The notes under the pieces: generated by a model | Database searches by the model: none | Seen by the model: only the letters and a program-made list of their open reading frames with translations | What the model was told of the DNA's origin: nothing | DNA from: an uncultured Acidobacteriota bacterium | GTDB taxonomy: Bacteria > Acidobacteriota > Vicinamibacteria > Marinacidobacterales > SMYC01 | NCBI GenBank assembly: GCA_963815675.1 | Contig: CAWFHP010000020.1 | Location: 143,430-207,429 of the forward strand | Length of the DNA stretch: 64,000 nucleotides | Direction: 5' to 3' | Position numbers and translations under genes: made by a program | In this document: piece by piece, positions 1 through 9,285 of the stretch | Layout: each line of letters starts with the position of its first letter | How positions within the stretch are numbered: the stretch's first letter is position 1

Positions 1-789
1 TCGTACAGCGTCCGGCACTGGATGGGCTCGAGCCCGACGATCTTGTGCTCGGGCCAGATTTGCTTCAGGCGGTCGCCGGCGGCGATAGTGCCGCCGCTCC
101 CCATGGCGGAAACGAAGGCGGCGATGCGTCCCGCTCCTACGCCGTCTTCGGCGAGACGCTCGGCGAGAGAGGCGACGGTATTGCCGGTGACCTCGTAGTG
201 GAAGCGGTAATTCCCCATCACCTCGAACTGATTGAGGATGCGTACGTCGGGGTCCTTCCGGAGCTCCCACGTTTTGTCGTAGAATCTCCTTGACGTTGGA
301 CTCGCTCCCCGGCGTCTTGATGACATCGGCGCCGAAGCTCTCGATGAGCTCGAACCTCTCGCGGCTCATTCCCTCGGGAAGGACGACGACGCTCCGACAG
401 CCGACGCGCCCGCCGACCCAGGCCCCTCCGACGCCGTAGTTTCCCGTGCTCGGCCAGACGAGGCGATGCTTGTGGGGATCGACCTCACCTTCGCCGATGA
501 GCTCGGCGAGCACCGAATACGCGGCTCCGACCTTGTGGCTTCCCGTGGGGAAGTTGCGGCTGTAGATGACGACGATGGGTGCCTCGACGCCCGTAACCTC
601 CCTGGGCACGACGAAGTGCCGGATCTCGTCGTCGTCTCCGTACCAGGTGATGTTGTAGAGGTTCACCGGATCGAGCGGGTCTCTATCCCGGGCCGCGCTC
701 GCTTTCGCCCGCACGGTGGGATCGATCGTCCAGGGCTGACGCATTTCGGAGAGGGTAGGACCGAGATTCATCGCGAGAATATATCGCAT
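1..789 (-). pseudogene. PLP-dependent fold-type-II enzyme (cysteine synthase/TrpB-like); 3' end lies outside the window; frame broken by a 1-nt insertion near 283
   Basis: Own translation from the ATG at 789 (not in the ORF track because it runs off the window). It reads MRYILAMNLGPTLSEMRQPWTIDP...RNFPTGSHKVGAAYSVLAEL...WPSTGNYGVGGAWVGGRVGCRSVVVLPEGMSRERFELIESFGADVIKTPGSESNVKEI. The sensible reading then continues one base out of frame: YDKTWELRKDPDVRILNQFEVMGNYRFHYEVTGN...FVSAMGSGGTIAAGDRLK. The SHK lysine motif and GSGGT loop fit the family. Confidence 0.7.
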
Positions 790-846
790 CCCTTCTTGTC
801 GCCGCCGCCGATGGATCGGGCAGCGAAGCTAGGCTCCACGGGGACG

Positions 847-1962
847 CTAGCCGACGATGCGCTCGTAGCTCTCGGGGTCGGTAGCGCCTTCGGTGCAGAG
901 GAGGAGTACCGTCGAGTTCCCGTCGAGCCCCAGCTCCGCGCGGTAGGCTTCCGAAGACGCCACCGCCATCAAGCCGGCGAGCGCCGCCGCTCCCGTCTCG
1001 CCCGAAACGATGCCGTTTTGCGCGAGTACCCGCATCGCGTCCTCCGCGAAAGCATCCTCGACCGCGACGCACCAATCGAGCCCGGCGTCGAGCGTGGGGA
1101 AGGCGATCGAGGAGGGCGTTCCGCAATTGAGCCCGGCCATGATCGAATCCTGAGGGCCTGGAAGAGTCACGATCCGTCCCGCTTCGATCGAGGCGAGAAG
1201 GCAGGCGGCCCGCGCGGGCTCGACGCCGGCGACCCGCGTGCCCGGCATCCTCTTGTAGAAATCGACGGCCGCGGCGCCGAGTGCGCCGACTCCGATGGGA
1301 ACGAAGGTGAAGGTGGGACGTCCCTCCATTTGTTCCGCGACTTCCCGGAAGATCGTTCCGTAGCCCTCGATCACCCATCGGGGGATCTCTTCATACCCGG
1401 GCCAGGAGGTGTCGTCGACGACGAGGCACCGCTCGTTCATCTCTTCCGCGGAACGAGCGATGGTGTCGTCGTAGTCGCCGTCGACGACCGCGACTTCCGC
1501 CCCTTCGCCCTCAATCGCGTCGATTCGAGCGCGCGCCGTTCCTCGGGGGACGAAGATGCGGGCCTCGAAGCCGAGGAGCCTCGCCATATGGGCAACCGCA
1601 CGCCCGTGGTTCCCGTCGGTTGCGGCCGCGAGAGTGAAAGGCCTCAAGAAGGATGTCTGCCTCGCGAGCTCGTCCAGCGTCGACCAGCCATCGAAGGGCA
1701 AACCGGTGTGAGTCTGGAGCGCGCGATACGTGGCCCAGGATGCCCCGAGAAGCTTGAACGAGGGCAGCCCGAATCGGCTCGACTCGTCCTTGACGAGGAC
1801 CCGACCGACCCCCACCCGCGCCGCGATCGACGGCGCGGAGGTCAGAGGCGTCGGCCGGTATTGCGGGAGCTTGCGGTGGAAGGCGAAGGGATCGGGCGAC
1901 CTCGATTCCGACCCGGGAGCGGGTATCGTGCCCGCCCGGGGATTGCGGAGAACGACCGTCAC
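847..1962 (-). CDS. dpaL: diaminopropionate ammonia-lyase (PLP-dependent, YgeX/DpaL family)
   Basis: 371-aa ORF. FHRKLPQYRPTPL...VLVKDESSRFGLPSFKLLGASWA and AATDGNHGRAVA are hallmarks of this family. The GTG start overlaps the upstream stop (GTGA). Confidence 0.8.
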   Translation of the reverse strand: MTVVLRNPRAGTIPAPGSESRSPDPFAFHRKLPQYRPTPLTSAPSIAARVGVGRVLVKDESSRFGLPSFKLLGASWATYRALQTHTGLPFDGWSTLDELARQTSFLRPFTLAAATDGNHGRAVAHMARLLGFEARIFVPRGTARARIDAIEGEGAEVAVVDGDYDDTIARSAEEMNERCLVVDDTSWPGYEEIPRWVIEGYGTIFREVAEQMEGRPTFTFVPIGVGALGAAAVDFYKRMPGTRVAGVEPARAACLLASIEAGRIVTLPGPQDSIMAGLNCGTPSSIAFPTLDAGLDWCVAVEDAFAEDAMRVLAQNGIVSGETGAAALAGLMAVASSEAYRAELGLDGNSTVLLLCTEGATDPESYERIVG

Positions 1963-3012
1963 GCGAGTCTCTCGAAGAGTCGTTTCTTCTGCTCGGCCGC
2001 GCGGGCGCGGATCTCCTCCGCGTCCACGCGAGTCGGGATGCCGTCACGAAGGACGACCTCGTTTCCGACGCGCACTTCGAGCGGTCTGACGCCGGCGGTA
2101 TACGCGAGATGCCACGGGCTCATCGGCGCGTACGACCACGTGACCCGATCTTCGCGCGCCTGGGGGAAGATCTCCCAGCCCGCTTCGAGCCAGTTCCACG
2201 CCGTTTCCGGAGACGCGGTCACATCGTTCTCGCGCTGGCGCAGGTAGGCGATGCGAAACGCCTCGATCATGTCGCCTCCGATTCCGTCCGAGCCGAGCAC
2301 GATCCGGTTGGGTCGCGTCGCGGGGGCGGCGTAGCCGACGGAGTTGTTCATATTGGAGAGGGGATTGTGAGCGATCGTCCCCGGAAGATCGCGATCGAGG
2401 TGGACCGCGTGAGCCAGGAGCCAGTTCTCTCGAGAGCGATGCTCGAGCCGCCGTCCGGCGTCGACGTCCTCCGGTGCCTCCGCGACGTGGATGTGAACGC
2501 CGGCGTCCGAGATCCTTCGCCAGAGCGCAGACGGCGTCGAGCGTATCGTCAGAGAGCGTGAACGAAGCGTGTGCCCCGACGTATCTCGGGGCGGTCGGGG
2601 CTGGTTTCGTGCGCAGGTACCGTTCGTTCTCCCGAAGGCCCGCTCTCGCGTCGTCGAGACCGTTACGATCGGTCACCTCGTAACACGTCGAGACCCTCAC
2701 TCCGACCTCGGCGCAGGCCTCGGCCACGACCGTGAGCGAGCCGTCAATGGCGTTCGGTGACGCATGGTGGTCGATGATCGCCGTCGTGCCACGCTCGAGC
2801 GCCTCGAGGGCGCCCAGCATCGCGGACCAGCGGACCATGTCCAGATCGAGCGCCTTGTCGAGTCTCCACCAGATGAGCTCGAGAATCTCGCCAAACGTCT
2901 TCGGCGTGCTCGGAGGCGCCGGCATGCCTCGGGCGAGAGAGGAATAGAGATGATGATGGCCGCAGACGAGCCCGGGTGTCGTAGCTTCCATCTCCGCGCT
3001 CGAGCCCTTCAT
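1959..3012 (-). pseudogene. ssnA: SsnA-type aminohydrolase (amidohydrolase superfamily); frameshifted near 2506 and missing the usual N-terminal ~55 residues
   Basis: ORFs 2044..3012 and 1959..2351 are two halves of one protein. First half: PGLVCGHHHLYSSLARG...WWRLDKALD...IIDHHASPNAIDGSL...GAHASFTLSDDTLDAVCALAKDLG. After the shift: AGVHIHVAEAPEDV...AHNPLSNMNNSVGYAAP...LGSDGIGGDM. It is colinear with E. coli SsnA as I recall it. The span is 3n+1 nt. Confidence 0.75.
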
Positions 3013-3295
3013 GAGGCGTCATTCTATCCGACTCTCCGTCGGCAGAAATGTCGGTGCTCTTTACAGGCCGATGGTGGACGATAACTCTTTGTCGGCGAGC
3101 ACCTTAACGGATCGGAGCTCGGGTCGTCCGTGACCTCTCTGTCGAGATTCCTGACATCTGGAAAGCGCCTCGTGACGAGGGCTGATGAGACAAAGACTTC
3201 AGTCTCAGTCGGTTAGGCACTGATGCCGTGACTGGCTCGCGTTTTGCTAAGTGACGTATGGGCTGATTCTTTCGTATTTGAGAGAGCCGGAGACA

Positions 3296-4273
3296 ATGGC
3301 GCGCCACGCCTATACACGAATTCGCACAAGCTCGACGAGTGCCACGGGATTCCCAACGAGCGCGCCGAAGCGTCGCGTCCTCCTCATCGAAAACCCTGCC
3401 TATCCCGCTCTGCGTCTGCGCGAGCTCGCGATGCGCGCGGGATTCGCGGTCACGTCGGCGAGCGCCGGCCCGCTCCTCAGGTCGGCTACTCGGAAGAGCG
3501 CGCCCGATTTGATTCTTCTGAGCTCCGTCACCGGTCCGCCCGGCCCGTCGGAGATTGCGCGGGGGATCAAAGAAGATCCCGAGACCCGCTCGATTCCCAT
3601 CATCCACGTGATCGATAGCCGTCGATACGACGAGCTATCGCGCTTCGCCTACCCCACGGAGGCCCAGGTGGCCGATGACGCGGACGACGAGCAGATCGTG
3701 AAAACGATGCGGATGCTCACCGTGCGCTCCTCGCGGGTCCGGTTCGGAGGCCGGAGCAGCGGCAACGCCGCTCCGCTCGAGGGCGATCTCGACCGCGACA
3801 CGTTTCCCGAAGTGCTCCAGTTCCTGTTCGCGACCTCCAAGACGGGAAGAATCTCCGTTCGTGAAGCGTGCCGCGAAGGCGCGATATTTCTGGAGGACGG
3901 GCAGGTCGTCCATGCGGAGGCAGGCCAGGCGTCGGGGCTCGCCGCGTTTCGCGAGCTGTGCTTCTCGTCGCGGGGCCATTTCCGTTTCGAGCCCAACGTA
4001 GCGTCGGCGCGAAAGACCATGGGTCACGACGGGATCGGCCTGCTTCTCGAGTCGGCACGTCAGAAAGACGTGGCCGAGCGCGACGGCGGACATGCCGCCC
4101 CGCTCCCCGAAGATAGAATCGTTCGCCGCTCGCCCCCCAAGCCAGACGGGAAGCTTCCCACCGTCGCCCTGCCGGAGTCCTCTCCGGGAGGAGTATCCAT
4201 CGCGGGCATAGTGCTGGTGGCATCCGCGATTCTGCTCTTCGCCCTCGGCGTCTACGCCTGGTCCGGCGGCTAG
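3296..4273 (+). CDS. receiver-like domain + DUF4388 (PATAN-type) domain protein with C-terminal membrane anchor
   Basis: ORF 3251..4273. RRVLLIENPAY...DLILLS...IPIIHV resembles a CheY-like receiver. LEGDLDRDTFPEVLQFLFATSKTGRISV...GAIFLEDGQVVHAEAG...GLAAFRELC fits the DUF4388 pattern. There is a C-terminal hydrophobic stretch VSIAGIVLVASAILLFALGVYAW. The start is unresolved (3251 or 3296). Confidence 0.6.
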   Translation: MARHAYTRIRTSSTSATGFPTSAPKRRVLLIENPAYPALRLRELAMRAGFAVTSASAGPLLRSATRKSAPDLILLSSVTGPPGPSEIARGIKEDPETRSIPIIHVIDSRRYDELSRFAYPTEAQVADDADDEQIVKTMRMLTVRSSRVRFGGRSSGNAAPLEGDLDRDTFPEVLQFLFATSKTGRISVREACREGAIFLEDGQVVHAEAGQASGLAAFRELCFSSRGHFRFEPNVASARKTMGHDGIGLLLESARQKDVAERDGGHAAPLPEDRIVRRSPPKPDGKLPTVALPESSPGGVSIAGIVLVASAILLFALGVYAWSGG

Positions 4274-4278
4274 TTAAA

Positions 4279-4355
4279 TTAGGGACAGGCACTAATTTCC
4301 GCGACCGTCGCTCGCGTCGGAGCGGAGAAAAATGAGTGCCTGTCCCTAATTTTTT
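4279..4355. terminator. bidirectional hairpin between convergent genes (perfect 15-bp stem, T-run)
   Basis: ttagggacaggcact (4279-4293) is the exact reverse complement of agtgcctgtccctaa (4335-4349). It is followed by tttttt (4350-4355) and preceded by A/T-rich ttaaa. It lies between the stop at 4273 (+) and the stop at 4355 (-). The 41-nt loop is GC-rich and partly self-complementary. Confidence 0.55.
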
Positions 4356-6931
4356 CAGCGGCGGGCGCGGCGTTTCATCGGCAGCGTGTCGCGCCACACA
4401 CCGTCGACTTCGTGCAGGCAGGCGGCGACGGCGCCGGCGGTCGGCACGAGGCCGATCTCCCCGACTCCTTTGATCCCGTAGGGGGAGCGGGGCTCCGGGC
4501 TCTCGACGAGGATTACCTGAACGTCGGGCATCTCCGAGGGACGAAGGATCCCGAGGCTCCGGAACGTCATGTTGCGGGGCCGTGCGTTCTCGTCGGCCGG
4601 AAACTCCTCGCTCAGTGCGAATCCGAGTCCCATGTGCACCGCGCCCTCCACCTGTCCTTCGCAGAGCAGGGGGTTGACGGCACGGCCCACGTCGTGCGCC
4701 GCGACGACCTTCTCGATTCTTCCCGTCGCCCGATCGGCGATGACGAGCTGCGCCGCATAACCGAACGTCGAGTGGATGATCGGATGCTCCAGCCCCTCGT
4801 AGAGCGAGTGCGTCCAATCGACCCGATACTCGCCGAGGTAGTCGACGCCCTGTTGGCGTCCGTCGGACTCCGCGGCGCGGCAGGCCTCGCGCACGGACCC
4901 CGCGGTCATCAGCGTCGCTCGCGAGCCCGTCGTCTGTCCAGCGCCGAGCTCCCGGCTCGTGTCGACGACGACCCGCACCCGCTCCGGGTCGACGCCCAGC
5001 TCCTCGACGGCGATCTGGAGGGCCACGGTGTGCACGCCCTGACCCATCTCGGTCCAGCAGTGCCGTACTTCGACGGTACCGTCTTTCTCGAAGCGCACGA
5101 CCGCTTTCGCGATCTCTTTGAAGCCGTTTCCGAGCCCCGAGTTCTTGAGGCCGAGGCCGAGACCGACGGCCTTGCCGGCCGCGACCGCTTCGTCATAAGC
5201 GGGCTTCACCGCGTCGAGGCAGGCCCTCGCCCCCAGCGAGCCTTCGTCCATGATCTGTCCCGGGCCCCAGACCGCGCCGGGTGTGACGACGTTTCGAGCC
5301 CGGATCTCGAAGCCGCTCGTGCCCGCCTTTTCCGCGAGCCGATCGAGAACGCCGTCGAGAGCGAAGTGCGCCTGGTTGGCGCCGAATCCCCGGAACGCGC
5401 CGCAAATGGGGTTGTTGGTTCGAACCGCAATCGCTTCCACGTCGACCGCCGGCACCTGAAAGGGTCCAGTCGCGTGGCCCGCGGCGCGCTCGAGGACTTT
5501 CATGCCGACCGAGGCGTACGCGCCCGAGTCGCCGATCATCCGGGCGCGAATCGCGGTGAGCTTTCCCTGGGCGTCGCACCCCGCCCAGTATTCCATCCGG
5601 ATCGGGTGGCGCTTGGGGTGAAGGAGAAGCGATTCCTCCCGGCTCAGCGTGCACTTCACCGGCTTTCCGAGCAGATGGGCGGCGAGCGCGGTCTGAGCCT
5701 GGTTCGAGAGATCTTCCTTTCCACCGAAAGCGCCGCCGTTGGAGACGAGCTCGACCCGGATGCGCTCGGGCGCGACGCCCAGAACCGACGCGATCTGGTT
5801 TCGGTCGTCCCAGATCCCCTGGCCGCCCGAGTACACCTCCAGCCGGCCGTTCTCGCGTGCAACGGCGAGCGTCGACTCCGGCTCGAGAAACGCGTGCTCC
5901 ACTCGCTGCGTCTGGAAGGTCTCGTGCACCTGGTGCGCCGACGAGGCGAGCGCGGCATCCACGTCCCCCCGCCGGTAGGTCGAGCGGGACAAGACGTTGT
6001 CGGATGTACCCCAGACCGCGATCTCCGGATCGTCGATGGCGGAGACGGCGTCGGTGAGGGGACGAAGGACGCGATACTCGACATCGACGCTCGCGGCGGC
6101 GCGCCGCGCCGTCTCGCGATCCCTTGCGACGACGATGGCGAGTACGTCGCCGAGATACGATGTGAGTCCGCCCTCGGGAATGAAGATGGGCCAGTCCTTG
6201 TGGATGAGGCCGACGCGCAGTTCCCCGGGAACGTCCTTCGCGGTGAAGATGGCTTCGACTCCCGGCTCGGCGGCGGCGCGCGCGGTGTCGACGCGCAGGA
6301 TCTCGGCTCGGGCGTGATCGGTGAGCCGCAGCGCCGCGTGAAGCATGCCCGGAACGCGCATGTCGTCGATGTAAGGCCGCCGGCCGACGGCGAGCTCACA
6401 CCCCTCGTACTTGGTGCCGGAGGTCCCGATACCGCGCGGGGACTCGAGCGTCACGCTCTCTCCGGAAGCGAGGAGGTCGATGGCATCGAGTATCTTCACG
6501 TAGCCGGTGCAACGGCAGACGTGCGCTCCGAGAAACCGCGCGGCTTCCTTCCGGCCCAGCGACGATCCCTTCGCGTCGAGGAGGGCCTTGGTGCGCATGA
6601 CGATTCCCGGCGTACAGAAGCCGCATTGAAGTGCGCCCTTCGCGGCGAACGCCGTGGCGTAGCGCTCGATCTCGTCCGCGTCGAGCCCTTCGAGAGTGAC
6701 GACCTCTTTTCCCTCCACCGACTCGAGCGATTGGGTACAGCTCGTCACCGCGCGGCCGTCGACGAGTAGGGTGCAGCAGCCGCATTGTCCCGAGGGTGAG
6801 CAACCGTCCTTGGGAGAGATGATGCCGAGCTCTTCGCGAAGGGCGGCGAGGAGATGAGGATGCCGGCCCTCGACTTCGACGCCGCGGCCGTTGAGGGTGA
6901 AGGTCGTCGTCGTCGTTTGCATCCGCGTCAT
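4355..6931 (-). CDS. molybdopterin-dependent hydroxylase with fused N-terminal [2Fe-2S] domains (XdhD / aldehyde oxidoreductase-like; no FAD domain)
   Basis: 858-aa ORF. Two 2Fe-2S cysteine clusters (CSPSGQCGCCTLLV; CGFCTPGIV...CRCTGY) are followed by xanthine dehydrogenase/aldehyde oxidase type Moco-binding regions (GGAFGGKED, CGAFRGFGANQ, GQGVHT, EGQVEGAVHMGLG). Confidence 0.85.
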   Translation of the reverse strand: MTRMQTTTTTFTLNGRGVEVEGRHPHLLAALREELGIISPKDGCSPSGQCGCCTLLVDGRAVTSCTQSLESVEGKEVVTLEGLDADEIERYATAFAAKGALQCGFCTPGIVMRTKALLDAKGSSLGRKEAARFLGAHVCRCTGYVKILDAIDLLASGESVTLESPRGIGTSGTKYEGCELAVGRRPYIDDMRVPGMLHAALRLTDHARAEILRVDTARAAAEPGVEAIFTAKDVPGELRVGLIHKDWPIFIPEGGLTSYLGDVLAIVVARDRETARRAAASVDVEYRVLRPLTDAVSAIDDPEIAVWGTSDNVLSRSTYRRGDVDAALASSAHQVHETFQTQRVEHAFLEPESTLAVARENGRLEVYSGGQGIWDDRNQIASVLGVAPERIRVELVSNGGAFGGKEDLSNQAQTALAAHLLGKPVKCTLSREESLLLHPKRHPIRMEYWAGCDAQGKLTAIRARMIGDSGAYASVGMKVLERAAGHATGPFQVPAVDVEAIAVRTNNPICGAFRGFGANQAHFALDGVLDRLAEKAGTSGFEIRARNVVTPGAVWGPGQIMDEGSLGARACLDAVKPAYDEAVAAGKAVGLGLGLKNSGLGNGFKEIAKAVVRFEKDGTVEVRHCWTEMGQGVHTVALQIAVEELGVDPERVRVVVDTSRELGAGQTTGSRATLMTAGSVREACRAAESDGRQQGVDYLGEYRVDWTHSLYEGLEHPIIHSTFGYAAQLVIADRATGRIEKVVAAHDVGRAVNPLLCEGQVEGAVHMGLGFALSEEFPADENARPRNMTFRSLGILRPSEMPDVQVILVESPEPRSPYGIKGVGEIGLVPTAGAVAACLHEVDGVWRDTLPMKRRARR

Positions 6932-6958
6932 CGTGGATCGGTCCTCGGCTCGAAAACG

Positions 6959-7889
6959 TCAAGACTTCGGCGGCATGGCTCCACGGCGCTCGGTGATGAG
7001 CCGGTAGTGCTCGGGCATCCGGTAGCGGGCGAAGTCGAACAGGGTCTCCTTGTAGTTCTTGCAGAGATCCGAGATCGCAGCGCGCCACGGCGAGCTCGTC
7101 GCCGTTCGTCTGACATTGTGCCACGATTTGGCCCGAGGGCGCGATGATGGCACTCTGCGCGAGCGAGTCCACGCCCTCCTCGAGACCCCCTTTGGCGACT
7201 CCCACCACCCACGTCCCGTTCTGGTATGCCCCGGCCTGCATCACGAGATGATTGTGGAAACCGGCGAGCGCGTCCTGCGTCGGGTCCGGGGCGTAATGGA
7301 GAGGCGTGTTGTAACCGATGAGGATGATCTCGACTCCCTGGAGACCGAGGACGCGATAGGTCTCCGGCCACCTCCGGTCGTTGCAGATCGCCATTCCCAC
7401 GACGCCGCCGAAAGCGCGCCAGGCTCGAAACCCCTCGGGGCCCGGCTCGAAGTAACGCCGCTCGAGGTGCTGGAACCGCCTCCAGGGCTCGTGCTCCGCG
7501 TGTCCGGGAATGTGGACCTTGCGGTATTTCCCCACGATCGAGCCGTCGCGCTCGACGAGGATCTGGGTGTTGTAGTGATGCCCGTCCGGCGTGAGCTCGG
7601 CGTAGCCGAGAGAAAGGCCGATGCGCAGCCTCTTCGCCTCGTCGAAGAGAGGCCGCGTCGCGGCATTCGGCATCTCCGTCTCGAAGAAGGCGTCGACTTC
7701 GGACTGCGACTCGAGAAACCAGCGGGGGAAGAAGGTGGTGAGCGCGAGCTCGGGATAGACCACGAGCTCGGTGCCTTGCTCGGCGGCGCGATGGAGGAGG
7801 GCGAGGAGTCTTTCCACGATCTCGACCCGTGACTCGCTCCTCGCCACCGGACCGAGCTGCGCCGCGCCGACGACTCGCTCCCGGCTCAT
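6959..7889 (-). pseudogene. N-carbamoyl-D-amino-acid hydrolase (nitrilase superfamily); frameshifted near 7072
   Basis: The N-terminal 270 aa of ORF 6396..7889 are nitrilase-like (YPELALTTFFPRW, GKYRKVHIPG, MAICNDRRWPE with the catalytic Cys). After ...VARCDL the real continuation DLCKNYKETLFDFARYRMPEHYRLITERRGAMPPKS* is in the frame of ORF 6959..7153. The span is 3n+1 nt. Confidence 0.8.
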
Positions 7890-9199
7890 ACGCGGGGCGG
7901 ACCGGGAACGGGATCGGTCTCGGTGAGGGTCAGGATCGTCTGGAGAAAAACGTTGGCGCCGAGCTCGAGGTCGGCCGCGTCGGTGTGCTCGCGCGGGTTA
8001 TGGCTCACCCCCTTGACGCTCGGGGTGAAGACCATGCCGGTGGGGCAGACGCGCGCGAGCATCTGCGCGTCGTGGCCGGCGCCTGCGGGAAGACGCCGAA
8101 CGCTCGCTCCCAGCGATCGAGCCGTTTCCTCCACGAGATCGATGACGCGAGGGTCGAACTGGACCGGCTCGAAGCGCGCGAGCCTGCGGGTCGCGATCTC
8201 TACACCCTCCGCGTCCGCCATCTGACCGAGAAATTCGTCGAGACTGGCCTCGGCCCCCTGGAGAAGCTTCTCGTTGGTGTTCCTCAGATCGACGGTGAAG
8301 ACCGCCTTCTGCGCCACGACGTTGACGAGATTCGGCTCGAGGTTGATGGCGCCGACGGTCCCGACCTGCGCCCCGCCCATTTCTTTCGTCAGCCTCCGCA
8401 CGAACGCCGCGGTCTCGCCCGCGACATAGCCGGCGTCGTGACGATAGGACATGGGCGTCGTACCGGCGTGGTTCGCCTGGCCCTTCACCGTGACCTCGGT
8501 CCAGGAGATGCCCTGAACGCCGGTGACGGCGCCGATACGGATTGACTCCGCCTCGAGCACCGGCCCCTGCTCGATGTGGAGCTCGACGTAGGCGTAGGGG
8601 GCGGGGCCGGGAGAAGGGGCTTGTCCGCGGTAGCCGATCGAGTCCAGCTCGTCGACGACGCGCTTGCCGTCGATGGTGACGGCGTCGTGCGCCTCTTCGA
8701 GAGACAGCCCGCCCACGTACACGAGACTTCCCATCATGTCGGGGGCGACGCGGCTTCCTTCCTCGTTGGAGAAGAACGCCACCGCCAGCGGACGCCGCGT
8801 GGTGAGCTTGCGGTCGTTCAGCGTCTCGACGATCTCGAGGCCCGCGAGCACACCGAGGTTACCGTCGTAGCGGCCGCCGGTGCGGACGGTGTCGATATGG
8901 GAGCCGCAGAGGACGGGAGGCAGGTCCTCGAGGCCGGGCCGAAACCCGACGGCGTTTCCGATGGCGTCGATGGTGACGGTGAGTCCCAGCTTTCGCATCC
9001 ACGCGGTGACGAGGTCGCGGCCCTCCTTGTCGGCGGCGGTGAAGGCGAGACGATTGCACCCCCCGTCGTCCCGCGCGCCCTTACTGGCGAGCTCTTCGAG
9101 GCGTTTCGAAAGCCTCTTTCCGTCGACGCGCAGAGCTCGGCGCGCGGCTGCCTCCATGGGGGTCACGGGGGCGACTGGGGTCGGAGATTTTTTCGACAT
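7886..9199 (-). CDS. M20-family amidase: N-carbamoyl-L-amino-acid hydrolase / allantoate amidohydrolase / bacterial-type beta-ureidopropionase family
   Basis: 437-aa ORF. GGCNRLAFTAADKEGRDLV...IDAIGNAVG...GSHIDTVRTGGRYDGNLGVLAGLEIV...FSNEEGSR...GAGHDA are typical AmaB/AllC/HyuC motifs. Confidence 0.8.
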   Translation of the reverse strand: MSKKSPTPVAPVTPMEAAARRALRVDGKRLSKRLEELASKGARDDGGCNRLAFTAADKEGRDLVTAWMRKLGLTVTIDAIGNAVGFRPGLEDLPPVLCGSHIDTVRTGGRYDGNLGVLAGLEIVETLNDRKLTTRRPLAVAFFSNEEGSRVAPDMMGSLVYVGGLSLEEAHDAVTIDGKRVVDELDSIGYRGQAPSPGPAPYAYVELHIEQGPVLEAESIRIGAVTGVQGISWTEVTVKGQANHAGTTPMSYRHDAGYVAGETAAFVRRLTKEMGGAQVGTVGAINLEPNLVNVVAQKAVFTVDLRNTNEKLLQGAEASLDEFLGQMADAEGVEIATRRLARFEPVQFDPRVIDLVEETARSLGASVRRLPAGAGHDAQMLARVCPTGMVFTPSVKGVSHNPREHTDAADLELGANVFLQTILTLTETDPVPGPPRV

Positions 9200-9285
9200 T
9201 GGCTGCTCCTCGAAAGGACGGGCTACAGTCGATGTTACAACACGGCGCAGTTGTCGGGGGGATCGGCGAGTGATAGTTTCATCTC

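Noticed and set aside
466-2247. Very long ORFs in alternative or antisense frames: 466..2247 +, 4412..6769 +, 10160..12109 -, 24188..25426 +, 26586..29531 +, 38566..40467 -, 45320..47053 -, 50927..52690 +, 58447..60516 -, 60446..62014 -
   Set aside because: They are Arg/Gly/Pro/Ala-rich with no recognisable motifs. Each fully overlaps a gene on the other strand or frame that has clear family signatures. This is the expected stop-codon-poor shadow-ORF artefact of a GC-rich genome.
4325-4349. Five-codon mini-ORF (ATG AGT GCC TGT CCC TAA) with an upstream ggagaaaa inside the hairpin at 4279-4355
   Set aside because: It lies entirely within the stem of a perfect inverted repeat between convergent genes. 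This is most simply a coincidence of the palindrome sequence.
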